Below are positions 10,801 to 23,109 of a stretch of 58,827 bases of DNA, in pieces; within the stretch, counting starts at the first letter, position 1; each line of letters starts with the position of its first letter. The stretch is from Klebsormidium nitens. Lineage: Eukaryota > Plantae > Klebsormidiophyceae. The position numbers and the translations under genes are program-made. Location: the NCBI GenBank assembly GCA_000708835.1, contig DF237497.1, positions 1-58,827 on the forward strand, given 5' to 3'. Under the pieces are notes generated by a model that made no database searches, was not told the origin of the DNA, and was given only the letters and a program-made list of their open reading frames with translations.

Positions 10801-13255
10801 CGCGACATCCCTGGTGTTGCGGACTTGGCACAAAACGTCGATGCCGGCAACACGCTCGTTCTGACCACCCATGCCCTCCACGAACAGTGCTCCAACCGCA
10901 CTTGCGTCGCAAGCAGGTCCTCACCACGTATGAGTGCCAGCGCCACTTCTACCGCCACCCCCAGGCAGCGCTTCCGCTCGACTTCCGGAGTTGTGCCGCG
11001 GTATGGCCGAAGAGCGGCGATGACGTCCTGAACAATAGGTAGGCAGGCGTGGAGAGGGGCTAGGTAGACGCCGGTGCCGTATAACAGCGACTTGAGGGAG
11101 GCGGGACTAGGGGCCGTGCTGCCTGCACGACAACGGACAGGGGGACTGAGCTACCAAAGTGAAGGAAAAGAGAAAGGGCGATCAAAAAGGGCAATTTATC
11201 CTGGACACGACCATGCCACCTCGTACAGCAAAGCTTGCACGAGAGACCTCCAACACGCTGGCACCCGTAATGAACAGGGACTTGCTACGCACCAGGCTTA
11301 GATAACATTGTGAGCCCTTCCAACACCTGCTTCTTTCCGGTCACGAAGCCTCTTGAACTGGATATCTTTGTATACCTCTTTTACATGTGAAGGTATGTGG
11401 TTCTCCAGGCTCCATCAAGCCTAGGCCACTTCGACGGCCGAAGAGGGCACTTCAATGGGAGCCATGCTTGGGGTTGCACTAGTCACATCAATGAGGTGTT
11501 CTTCTTCAAGCCTTGGGGCCGGCAACGAGTGAAAGGACGTTTCGAGACAAACTTGAGCATCTGCAGACTGTGCCCCTAGCCAGGTCTTCCCATTGGCCTC
11601 CTAGGAGGGGTCACCCGAAAATGCTTCCACATTGGGCGGTTGGCTTACCGGGAATGATGTCCGCAGCGGCCACCCCCGTGTGCGAGAGGTCGTAGACAGA
11701 GACTGCTTTGCCGTACGTGATAATGCCCACACGCGTGGCCGGCGAAACGCTCTCTAGGGTGGCCGCCAGGCTGGCTTGCATGTGCTGCAGCTCGAGCGGG
11801 TCGGGGCACTCGTCCAGCACAAAGAGCACGGGCGCCGCCATGGCCGCGTCCGACGCAGAAGAGTAGCCGGGGTGCAGCGCGGCCGCATCCAGGTAGTCCA
11901 CCACGCCGCAGGACAGCTCGGGGCGCTGACTGGCAAGGGAAACAACGAGGGGGCTGTCAGTACAAGGGCCTGGAGGCTTGCTCCCGCTGCAGCGGACGTG
12001 AGGGACAGCTTTGCAATGTGTTCTCATTGACTTGGTTGAAAGCTTCAGGGAGAAGTTCCAAGGAAGACGATCTGGGATGCGATGCGAAAGCCCCCGTCCG
12101 AAAGCATAGCTGGCAAGCAGAGTGTGTCCGCTTGGCTTGGCGTCCGCTCCTACCTGTAGTCACTCCCACTCCAGTAGAGGGCGTGCCCTGCCTCCTCGTC
12201 ATCGTGTTGGCAAAAGGCGCACCGCCAGGCCGTTGCACCCGCCGGGGTGACCACCTTCTGGCTGTACAGGTTGTGTATAGCGCCTGCACCAGCCAGGGCC
12301 CGAAAAGTGACCACCGGAAGATAACACCCTCTTGGGGGGCACACGAGAGGAGCGAAAGATGAAGATCAGGGCTCGAGATCTGAGGGTATGAACCCGAGAT
12401 GAGTTGGGGCGAATTGCAGGCAGGGTGAAGGAAGCCGCGTTTTCTAGATTAAAGCTGCCAAGCAGGGGAAATGGTCTCACCGCAGTTCTCGCAAGCGACT
12501 GGTGGTGTCCTCACCACCGGAGGGCCTGGAGTCATCTCTTTTACTGGAGAAAGCATGGCGCCAAACGGCAGGCTCCCAATGTTCGCGATCCGCTTCTCTT
12601 TAGGGACCTGCACCAAGCTCCCTACGACTCAGTGCTGCTGAACGGTCTGGCAGGGAGGGGTGTCTCAAATAGGCTCCTGTCAACTCGTGAACAACACGTG
12701 GCACTGCTGCCGCACAATTGTTTGCGACGGCCAATGCAGGAGGTGTCAGTATCTCACCGTGTCTGAAGAGAAGCTCAAAAAGTGGTCCACGGAAGGGCCA
12801 GCCGATGAGGCATCATCCAGGAGGTGGTCATGTACCACCGCCCCATTGGCACCGTCCACGTGACTGCTGGCATCAGTTGCAAGGATGCCGCCGCCCGGCT
12901 GGCTCTCTGAAAACTGCGCGCCGGCGAATAAGATCCGCGCCGGCATGCTGCCACCAGCTTCAGCCCCCACAGACGTCATATCAATCACACTACCACCGCC
13001 GCCAGGAGAGGAGACTCCTGGCAGCTGGAACACAGGTGGCGGCGAGCTTGCTACCTGGGCCCTCGCATTTGAGCTGTCTGACACTGAGGAGTGGCCAATC
13101 CCAGGTCGGGGAGGGTTACTGGGGGGAGCCGGGGTGGGCGTTCCATACGGAGTGCCACCAACAATCGACCCTTCTGCAGCTTCAGTAAGACCAGAATGCG
13201 CCTCTGACACAACACTGGGCTGATGGGTGATCGGCAACAGCGGCTCTTTCGCCAT
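7890..13255 (-). CDS. SEC23A: COPII coat protein SEC23A-type (divergent plant Sec23 with Pro/Ser-rich N-terminus), ~883 aa
   Basis: Exons 13255-12758, 12607-12481, 12283-12154, 11929-11649, 11122-10925, 10676-10215, 10049-9911, 9643-9301, 8999-8847, 8429-8319, 8099-7890; 2652 nt, GT-AG, in frame. Zn finger CENC..CAFC, PVLFVLDEC trunk, LFHLRRGPLLGSILGHEDER, LDHGTHVFIW gelsolin-like repeat and the FCEWMRQLRVVP end match Arabidopsis SEC23A as recalled. Confidence 0.95.
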
Positions 13256-13544
13256 GGTTCTTCACTTGCAGGGGCACTTTGTCAGAGGAGCTGTCAATCA
13301 CATGGATCAGGCCCGATAAATAGATGGAAGACAAATTGCCCGCCTGCAAGATCAAGCCATGGAGGACAGTCCAAAATGGCCAAGAAACAGTGACTTCACG
13401 TTGTTAGGTGCCACCAGCTTCTCCTGAACCAGCCAGATTGAACTGTCCTGAAGCCGAGCGGGATCCATGCTGTGCTGCTGCTGGCAGCTGCCACTGAATG
13501 ATGTGAATCATGAATGAATGAATGTGCTTGGTTTCTGTTAGGTA

Positions 13545-13835
13545 CCGTAGTCCAAGGTAATGATTCCGAATAAATAGATAATTATTTGCATTCGGAAAGT
13601 CAGACATTCGGGTTTCTCATTCGGAAATTGAAAATTCGGAAAGGTTAAATATTTCTAGAATGGTCCTCGGAAGCCCCAAAACGGCCAGAATCAGCCTTAA
13701 AATCCCCTCTTTACTGGGAGCATAGGGCATTCGGATTCTGGTCGGAATCTGCATCAATAATTGCGCATTCCTGGTCGGATTGTTGGAAAATTATTACTGG
13801 GAAAATCCGTTCGGAATCATCACGTTGGACTACGG
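13545..13835. mobile_element. Tc1/mariner-type (pogo-like) MITE, 291 bp, TA target-site duplication
   Basis: TA|CCGTAGTCCAAGGTAATGATTCCGAA at the left end and TTCGGAATCATCACGTTGGACTACGG|TA at the right: 26-bp TIRs with 2 mismatches, TA at 13543-44 and 13836-37. AT-rich non-coding interior with repeated ATTCGGA motifs. Confidence 0.88.
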
Positions 13836-13838
13836 TAG

Positions 13839-13859
13839 TTTCAAGTTTCAAGTTTCAAG
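13839..13859. repeat. (TTTCAAG)3 tandem repeat
   Basis: Read directly; starts 1 bp after the right TA duplication of the MITE. Confidence 0.9.
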
Positions 13860-13895
13860 TCTTCGTGATACATATTAAGTTTAAATATCACGAAG

Positions 13896-13934
13896 AAAGC
13901 ATGCAAAGGTTAATAATTAACCTTTGCATGCTTT
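13896..13934. repeat. 39-bp near-perfect palindrome (19-bp arms, 1-nt loop)
   Basis: AAAGCATGCAAAGGTTAAT-A-ATTAACCTTTGCATGCTTT; the arms are exact reverse complements. Confidence 0.95.
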
Positions 13935-14832
13935 TCCATTAACTACTTATACATGTATACTTGGACGTCAAAACCACAATAAGACGCCCGGTGATAGTAT
14001 CATATGAATGGCCGGGGGTGCACGAAGCTCACACGGGCGCCCGTATTGACGCCCGGGCGTCGATACCTGTACGTACGCCAGCCGGTGCACGGGTGTTTGT
14101 CATTTGAACTTTGAACGGGGTTACGTACCATGACCAGTAAGTGACCAGATATTGAACGGGTCATTTTATGGGGTTAACCCAGGTTACAACTTTATTGTTT
14201 CAATACATCCTGATCCAGAACTGTAAGCACTTTCAACTTTTGACAGGAAGCGGCTGGAACTTGTGGAAGCCTGTGCTGCTGTGCATGACTCTTGAGTGAA
14301 GAGTTATAAGACTTCTACAGCGCGAGTATGTATTCCTGAGGCTGTAGGCTGTATATGCGTGCATGGATGCTCATTCATGCCAGCGGTGGTCCGTTGTGGT
14401 CCCTTGTCTGACTTTAATGTGGAGTTTGTAAGCAGGTGCGAGCCAGAAATTTCAGGTTCAGCACTGTACAGGGGGTTTGTATTGAACTAGTCATGCCAAT
14501 GGCGGCCTTCGACACTCAAAGCTGAAACTTCAGGAGGCCTTGAAGAAGGCACAAGAACAGCTGAGGATACGCGAGTGCCATTTCACCGATCAACGAGGGA
14601 TTCGCTTAGGAGACGTCATCGTGTCTCCGAAACAATGGCTGTCGGTGCATTTGGTGGACGAGGCGTGGGCTTTGGTTAGTCATACAACTTTTTGTTTGCA
14701 ATTTCTATACGACTTTCTCTCTAGGGACAGGTCTGACTCTGCCATCCGGCAATTTGTATTCCCACTGAGCAATTTTTGAATGCTGTAAAGGTGTCCCTGG
14801 TTGGTTGAAGAGTCTTATCTCTCATTGTGCAG

Positions 14833-15528
14833 GATTTGGAGCTGGCTGTGGGTTTGGAGTGGGATGGGGATTCGGTGGTATGTTCTCTGAATCTCATCAA
14901 AAGCTGCTTCGGAATATGCAAATTGTACTCAGATCTGCGTCCTTGCTGCACTTACCAAGCGAAGAGTTGTTCAAGCAATCTTTGGTTGGTTGACCATCGG
15001 TGCATTGTCTGTATAAATCCCGTATAAATCATTTGAAAGAAAACACAAATGATCTTCGAATGATTGGGTGCTTTCAGGAGCCCCGCTGCAGACATTGGGG
15101 ATCGGTGCAGGTGCGCTTAAGGTTTCTAAAGGACGGATATGGTTGTCCAACCCCCCCTCTGCCAATGGATCAACTGTATCTTGCAAGTCATTGCTGAAGA
15201 GACTTTCTCCGTGGTTCCAAAGACCTGTTCTGTCTCTCTCATAGTCATTCAACAAGGAGTTTTCTATCAATTGTTGTGTATTCAAGCTGTTCGTGCTTGA
15301 GGATGCGAACTTGTTGCAAGAGCGAAGAAGTGTGGTAATCACAAACACTTTGTGTTCCCTGGAATAGGTGGCGGCTGCGGCATTGGACTTGGCTTAGGTT
15401 GGGGTTTTGGACTTGGATATGGGGCACGTTACATCGATTCGAAACCTCGATTTCATGGCATTGTCTTCAATGGTGATACAGAAGTCATAGATGAGCAGTC
15501 TTCAAGAACGCTTTCTAAAAAGGATTGA
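14833..15528 (+). CDS. TGD5: TRIGALACTOSYLDIACYLGLYCEROL 5-like glycine-rich plastid envelope protein; 5' coding exons unresolved (probably within 14377-14730)
   Basis: Confident exons 14833-14877, 15078-15110, 15368-15528 (phase-1 GT-AG introns) encode [58 protein letters not shown], closely resembling Arabidopsis TGD5 ([41 protein letters not shown], recalled). Start codon not determined. Confidence 0.8.
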
Positions 15529-16322
15529 TCAGTCAATCAACCCAGGGCCCCGCGGTCAGAACAAAAACTTTGTAAGTGATGTACTGCAGTGCTTTAACCA
15601 GTATTTCTCTTAGCAGTGAGAAACCGAATCTCTTCAATTCGTTCGTGTGGTATGGTGCAGGCGGAAGCCTATTGCTTATCCTTAGGCCACGGCCTGGGCC
15701 TGTAACTTTGTAAAGAGAAGGGTTGCTGATTCTGAATGGCCAGCTAGAGGTCATTGGCGTCGTCACCGAGTGCTTTACCTGTGTGTATAACTAGCTAAGT
15801 TCCTCATGCATTTAATTACGTAATTCGAGCTAAAAGTACTACAATAGAGCGCACGACCGTCCATGCATGTGCATATACATGCGCCTCCCCATACGCCTAA
15901 CCATGCATGTGTCACGGTCAGTGAGCAGGTGCGTATAACATGCCTAGCTAGGCCCTGGCTAATGGTGTATGTATGACTCAAAATGAATATCCAAGTCTGG
16001 CCCGGCCATGGCATCATGTGCGCAAATAAACGACCCCCGCTTCGACTGATCCGGCCGGTTAGATGTGCGCGTAAATGAACAGTGCACATGGGATCTGGTG
16101 AAGACCAAGTGCTTATTTTTGTCGAGTAAGCCTCCGAAACTCAGGAGACCCATGTAAAACCCTCAATTGTTGCCTCTATATTTCTTGTCCCTTGCACCAG
16201 GAAATGGATCCAGCTTCTGCGTTTGAGTGAATAACTTCCCTTATGGACCACGTGAGGTGAATGTTACCTTCACAAGCAGCCGTTTCCGATATGCCCGCAA
16301 TCTAAAAGATCGTACCCAGTTT

Positions 16323-19300
16323 CTATTGGGAGTACCTCACATTCTTAGCTACTTCGAAGTAATGTGCCACGTGCTCTTCCGGGGTCCCGACTAGGACCCC
16401 GTGCCCTAGGTTCATAATATGTTTGTGGTTGCCGGCCTTCCTGATGGTGTCATGTATCCTCTCCGAGATGAAGTCCTTCGGGCCAAAGAGTGTCGCCGGA
16501 TCCATGTTTCCTTGGACAGCTTGTGCGCTTCCGATTCTCTGCCTTGCTTCAGCCATGTCCACCGTCCAGTCAACACTGCACGGATGACAATTGGTTGGTG
16601 CTTGGACTAAGGTTTGAACTAGATGGTATGCTGATAACCAGCTTACTGCCACAATCTCCCAGATCAGCAGGCTTACAGCCAACGAAACACTGCGCAAGCG
16701 GCCAGGCTTCCATTTCAGACTTCAAGAGCAGTCTGACTACTCTCAGCATGTGAAATTTCTGGAGTGCGAAAAGTTGAGACCACCTCCAGAAGGCACACGC
16801 TTTTCCGCATTCAATGTCCATCTAGGATTGACCAGCACTAGATCAAGGTACATTGTCTAGCTGAAATTAGAATGACAAGAAAAAGTTCAAGTGAGCAGAA
16901 CAAATATGGATCCTTCTTACCTGATGCACGCAACACCGGTCCTTGCCATCCTCTCAAGAAGCCCGCCACTTCCGGATGCATAAAGAATGATAGGAAGATC
17001 TGGGTGGGTCTCCTTGACTCCATCCACAATTTGTTGCAGGTAAGGGAGACTGAAGACCTGCATCCAAAGGCCAACCCGGTCAGCTGGCTTGCTCTAAAAA
17101 GTCAGCTTGACGCTGAAGCTGCCTCTCGCACAGTTCCATACCATATTCCTGTGAGTATATGAGTCAAAGTGGGTGAAGCTGGAAAAGTATCACCCCTTCG
17201 TAGGGGTATGGCCCAAGAGGATCATGTGCAGGGACCACCTGGGGCATTGAAGACTCTGCCACCGCCACAACTCGATAGAGAAGTGCCGAAAGGGATGGAT
17301 TGTTCAAAGATACAATTGCAGTACATACCTCGAAGTCGACAGGGCTCAGCTCAGTAGCCCAGGAATCGAATATCTGCACTGCTTGGGCCCCAGTGTCCGC
17401 CTGCGCACACATAGACCAGCGTCACGAAGGGCGGACCAGACTGTTGTGATCTGAAAAACCAAATGCCAGAAAACGAAGAAAGGCGAGGTTCGAAAAAGCG
17501 CACTGTTGAGGATAACAATACAGCAGCTTGAACAACCTTGGTCTCTTTCTGAAACCACAGCGTCAGACCATCATTGATGATAGCAAAATCTAGTTTTCTC
17601 TGCAGACCATGTGGGTGATTCTGCACACTTCTGTGAAGCCATCTCATTGTGGCTGGGCAAAACAAAAGTGAGCGTAATCCAACTAGACGTATTCTGTTCA
17701 GTTGCCCGGCCTTGCGCGGCAGGACTCAACTGCTCCTCACCTGATAGCGTACATACGTAGTGACTGCATCAGCAAGCTTCTGCAACAGCGCATGGAGCGT
17801 CTGGGGCTGCGCAAATGCCATCTTCTTGATGTTGATGAAGTGCTTGGAGGGGCCCCCCTCAACAATGTACGACGCCAGGGTAAACGGGGCCCCAACGAAG
17901 CCCAGCACTGCTGAAGCATCCCCCACTTCCTTCCGCAGGATGGTCAGAGTCTCCCCAACATACGGCACCGCTTCCTCCGGAACAAGTGGCCTGGAGCAGG
18001 GCGAGGAGAAGAGGGTTTCAGAACCCACTGCCACTGCCGTTGCTTGCATACTACAGTGCCAGATTGTCTACAGTGGTACTATAATGCAAATTCCAGAATC
18101 GATTCGAGAGGTGGTGGTCGCAACAGCCACTTGCCTTAGAAACTCTCAAAGCAACGGGAGGCGCTTGCATTGAAAGAGAGATAATCGGATGGGCACCGCA
18201 CCGCACGGCATCGACGTCCTGGAGCGTTCGGATGGGGTTGTGGATGACGGGACCCTTTCCTTGTAGGATGTCAAAAGGAATGTTCATGCCCGTGAGGGGG
18301 GTCAGGATGTCGGAGAACAAGATGACCCCATCTGGCTGGAATGCCCTCCACGGTTGCAAGGATATCTCCACAGAGAGATCCACATTCTCGGACCGCTCCC
18401 GGAAGGTGGGGTGCTTCTGACACAAATCACGGTATACTTTCATGTACCTGCACGGTGATCGAAGTCTACTGTTTTGCCAAGATGGATGACTGGAGGACAG
18501 ACTACAGTAAGGGCCTCTATAGACAGAAGCCATAGCCTCTGATAAAAAACGTTAAAAGCAGTCCCCAAAATCTCCTGCTATTCCTGAACCTGCCTAAGCG
18601 CCACCAGAATCGGCATTGCGAAGAAACCTGGAAGTACATTGCTATCCAAGACAAGGATCAGGCGTCGTGACCAGCAACAACTAGCACCAGCTATGTTCAC
18701 TTATTCAGGATGCTGGGTGATCAAGATACTGGGTAAGTTCGACACAAGGTGAGCAGGTGCACCTGTGTTAGCAACCCCAAGTTGGGTACTGTAAGCAATG
18801 GAATGCTAGTGTGCTAGGTCTGTTCCTTCATGCTACATTCCGCTGGGCTGATGAATGCATAATAAGGAACCCAAGCCCGTTCTGTTGACAGTGACCTTTC
18901 TAGTCAGAGGCCCTTACTGTACGTGCTGACTCCTTCTTGGATACCGGGGTTACTTGATTCGACAAGATGAAGTGCTGACTGAGTGACACACAAACAGAAG
19001 TAGATGACCAGCGGCCCGCGGAGAGAGGAGAGGCGCTCCGTACCTGCCCGCTTGCCGCATCATCCACACGGGCGGCCTTTCTGTCTTCTCCCCTTTCATA
19101 GTCCTCAGCAAAAGAGGCTCCCCTCCTGCATTTGCCGTTGCCTGTATCGCAGCCTCCTGGGTGGTGCTCACTGCAGCAAGAATGCCATTCTTTTCGCGGC
19201 AGCTCGTTTTGCCCCATTGTGGCCTTCCCTTCAACGAAGCACACCCAGCACCCAGGAAAGCATTTTCCCCTGCAGTGTTACGACCAAGGATTCTGTATTG

Positions 19301-19354
19301 GCAGGTTGTGAAACCTTTGCTGGAGCCAATCGCAGCTGTCTGGACAGCCGCCAT
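16323..19354 (-). CDS. HEME: Uroporphyrinogen III decarboxylase with plastid transit peptide, ~422 aa
   Basis: Exons 19354-19044, 18447-18202, 17990-17741, 17400-17329, 17057-16921, 16575-16323; 1269 nt. Signature [61 protein letters not shown]. Confidence 0.97.
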
Positions 19355-19960
19355 TTTGCGCTGGAAGTTGCTGTGCACGGGCCTGACTGGAGGACCGTCT
19401 GTCCTGTTGCGAGCGGCACATCTGCAGGAGTCGAGATTCGAGACTCGAGTCGGAGAGACGGTCGAGACTTGGAAGTCAAGACTTTGCACTCATCAGGAAT
19501 CAAATCCGAAACTCAACATTAAACCCATTTGCAACCGTGCGATTGTCCACGTGTCATTACTCTGTGAAAAAGTGCCATTTGGTACTATCCGCGTGTCAAG
19601 TACGTCGTAGATTGTTCATTGATCGAGGGGCTTCGGAAGTGGGCCTGATGTGCGACAGTCGGACCGCAACTTTGCACCGTCGATGAGACTCATGGGCCGC
19701 GTTCCGAGTGCTTGATGAGATCGGCTACCACAGCCCTGCCGCCAGATCTCGTCCTGGAAGTGAAGCCCTAAACTTCCGCAGCGCAAATCAGCGTTTTCCG
19801 CTTGTACGTTGCATTGATGTAGGTGATTGACACAAACGCTTCCAATGGGCGCGGTATGAGCGGGGTGTCAACGTGCTGATCATGCAACAGAGGTGGCCGT
19901 CGTTTGACGGGTTCGCTGTCTGCTGACTCGGATAGAGAATTAATGGGAGCGCTACAGTTA

Positions 19961-19994
19961 CCAATGGTACATGCCAATGGTACATGCCAATGGT
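19961..19994 (+). repeat. 13-bp tandem repeat (CCAATGGTACATG) x ~2.6 containing three CCAAT boxes
   Basis: CCAATGGTACATG CCAATGGTACATG CCAATGGT read directly, in the HemE/enoyl-CoA hydratase divergent promoter. Confidence 0.85.
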
Positions 19995-20179
19995 GCAGAG
20001 CATTGGAGCACACTAGCTAGTAGTGACTAGAGCTTCAATTGCCTGCCTCTGGCGTGACATCACTTAAAGGCCGAGGGCGTCTAGCTTTGTGATATTTGCA
20101 TTTGTCGCGCTTTTCAGCTAATATCCCGCCAATTCCAGGTCTCACATAAGCTGGCGTCGCCTGCAACTTTTCCTGCAGC

Positions 20180-23109
20180 ATGGCGAATGGTGCAATCCTT
20201 GTTGAGAGGGGGGTCCCTGGCAGGGCAGCAGACTCTTTACCACCAGGCGCTGTCCTAGTAACAATCAACCGCCCGGACGCGCTGAACTCGCTGACAAGAC
20301 CTATGCTGGAGCAGCTGGCTCAGACCTTCAAGAGCTTGCGAGCTGACAAGTCTGCAAGGGTGGTCATCCTTACTGGCGCTGGTCGAGCGTTCTCAGCAGG
20401 CATTGTGAGCAGCTGTGAAGAAAATATATGCTTCTGATAGGGCAGGATCCCACATTCACAACTTGTTCCAACACTTTGTGCATATCTGGCCATTGGGATC
20501 AACTGTGCAGGCTTTAGCAAAGCTTTAAAGTTAAGCAACCGTCCAAAAGATGAAGCAGCATTTTGCAACTTTCTTCTCAGAGTAATCAGGTAAGCTGGTT
20601 TGAAGGGTGCTGTCAGCTGGCTGAGTTCAGGCCTGGCCTTTTGGGGGAAAGAAACTGTGGTGGTATTAAGTATCACCAGGGGCTTGCAGACGTGCATTCT
20701 GCTTGCAGTGGTGCATCTTGTTCAAAGGGGAATGTACAAGTATGCCATAGAGATGAGCAGCTGGTGGCACGCTTAGTGCCCCTCATTTAACCTGCACTGC
20801 CCTACTCTCGTGCAGGATTTGACGGCAGCCCAGACCGTGTTCCAGGGTGATGTGAAGGACATAGAAGCTGATCCAGTTGCACAGATGGAGCTATGCCCAC
20901 TTCCAATCATTGGTGCAATCAATGGGCATGCGGTCACAGCTGGTAAGTTGCACCATGTCTGTGCACTCCAACGTTGTTGTGCTTTGTCTGTAGACAGGAA
21001 AAGCACGCACAATTTGAGCTCAGTTTGCAAATCAGCGCTCCCAAACCAAGGGGCATGTGAGACCAGCAAAAAACTCCCATGGGAACACTTGTGTTGGACC
21101 CAGAGGTGCTCTCCTCCTGATGAAGGTCATCCAACAGAACGTTGTACGTACTTGTCGCTTACCGCATTCTCGTCTGCAGGCTTTGAGATTGCGCTTGCGT
21201 GTGACATCCTCATTGCCAGCAGAGAGGCAAAGTTCATGGACACCCACACCAAGTAAGAACTTCTAGCACTTTCTGATTTGGAAGTTGTGGTGATGCACCA
21301 AGGCACAGCTAACGCTCCCTAGCCAGGTGATTCCGTATTGAAGGCATTCCTTTGTTCAGCAAGAGTCAACACTGTAAACGAGCAACTCTTTGACGGAGAG
21401 ACAGACCACATATCTCAAAAGTAAAGTCGTGGTACTGGTGGTGGAACTCAAAATCAGTGAATCGAGTCAAACAACAGACAGACCACCCGGTCCTTCAGAA
21501 AGTTCATTGTTTAAGGTTGTCATCGGTATCTATCATCATGGCAGTTATCTTCACTTCTAATCATACTGTGTTTTGTCTCCATACATCGAATTATCCGAAG
21601 TTAATGGCCCTCGTTTAGAACCTTTCGAGGACCTGTGCATGTATATGTCCTGACTCTTCTAGCTGCACACTTGGCAGCCCAAGGGTCAGCTGGATAGGTA
21701 AGGCTGTATTTGTGGAAAGGTTTCCCAACCCTTTCAACCTGCTTGTTTGTTGCACCAGGTTTGGGCTGATGCCATCCTGGGGCTTGTCTCAGAAGCTGCC
21801 TCGCCTGATCGGGGCCAACCGAGCACGCGAGGTCTCCTTCACGGCTTTGCCGTTGGACGCTCCGACTGCTGCACAGTGGGGCCTCATCAGCAGAGCCGTG
21901 GAGCCGGGCCAGCTGCTACCGGAAGCCAAGCGGCTAGCAGGAGCCATCATCAAGAATCAGGTGAGGGGCTGCGAGGGGGGCTTGTAATCTGTCAAACGTG
22001 CCTCCAAGGCAATCCAGTCTTGGGCGAAGCTTGTAAGGTGAGTCGCCAACAAGCCTGAGGGGTAGTCGTCTTCGAAGATTCAACCTGAGGGCTGTCAAAA
22101 AACAACTTGAGTGGGCGATGGAACGGCTCATCACACAGACCCGATTTGCAAGACTGTGCGAACAGGAAGCTCTCTTTGACGGTTGGGAGTAAATATGCTG
22201 CGCGAAGTCGACGTACTGTCGCAAAGGACAGTGCTTCTGCTTGTCCTGCACTGGATCCTGCGACTTCCTCAGGTGCCTCCTGTGCCATGTAGACGTGGTC
22301 GCTATCAAGAGAGCTTCGAGTTTACTCACTCAGTCTTGTCACTTCTGCCTATCCGGTGCGACTGTGCACCCCCCCCAGCATACCAAAGACCTTCGAGAAG
22401 GGACTACCGTCATGCAGCTTTATGCTTCCTGGCATTCGGAAGCCATCCACCGGAGATACACCCGTCTAGCTGCACACTCTTGCCTCAACAGATCAGTGGT
22501 GGAGCTCATTCGAAGGCCTGCGGCGTTAACTCGTGACATTCTGATTATGCTCTCTGAATAGCATTGGATAAGGTTGTTTTGAAGTGCGGGTTGAATATTT
22601 GGTGACATGTACTCCGGCGTCTTGTGCAGAGTGGCTTGGTGTCGCGATACAAGGGAGTCTTGAACGACGGGCTCAAGTTGCCTTTCGGTGAAGCCATGAA
22701 GCTGGAGAAGGTGAGCCTGACCATACGCAGCCAGGCCCGGTTGGCTCACGGCTCGAACGAAGTCTAATGACTTGAGACGCTGATGCGTACGAGTGCATAT
22801 CGTTGGCAAAAGAGGTGCGCAAATGCTGCGCGCACTTGGGGGTGCTTTCAGTTGCTGCACCGTGCCTGATGTGCGATGTTGATCTTTTTTGATGGCTAGC
22901 TCGATAGGTCAGCGTGACCCGGGAGGGGAAATCACACCTTGTTCCGAGAAGCTCAATCATATTTCGTAACGAAGCTTGACGAGCGGCAATCTATGCAGGA
23001 GCGTGCCCATGCGTACTATTCACAAATGAAACCGGAAGAGTTCAAGGCGATGCAGAATTTTGTTGCTGGGCGATCCAAAAAAGGGGGTTCTCAGAGGTCA
23101 AAGCTTTGA
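20180..23109 (+). CDS. Peroxisomal enoyl-CoA hydratase/isomerase (crotonase family, ECHIA-like), ~272 aa
   Basis: Exons 20180-20404, 20816-20942, 21180-21252, 21759-21960, 22630-22710, 22999-23109; 819 nt. Motifs TINRPDALNSL, FSAGIDL, PIIGAINGHAVTAGFEIALACDI, SWGLSQKLPRLIG; C-terminal PTS1 SKL. Confidence 0.96.
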
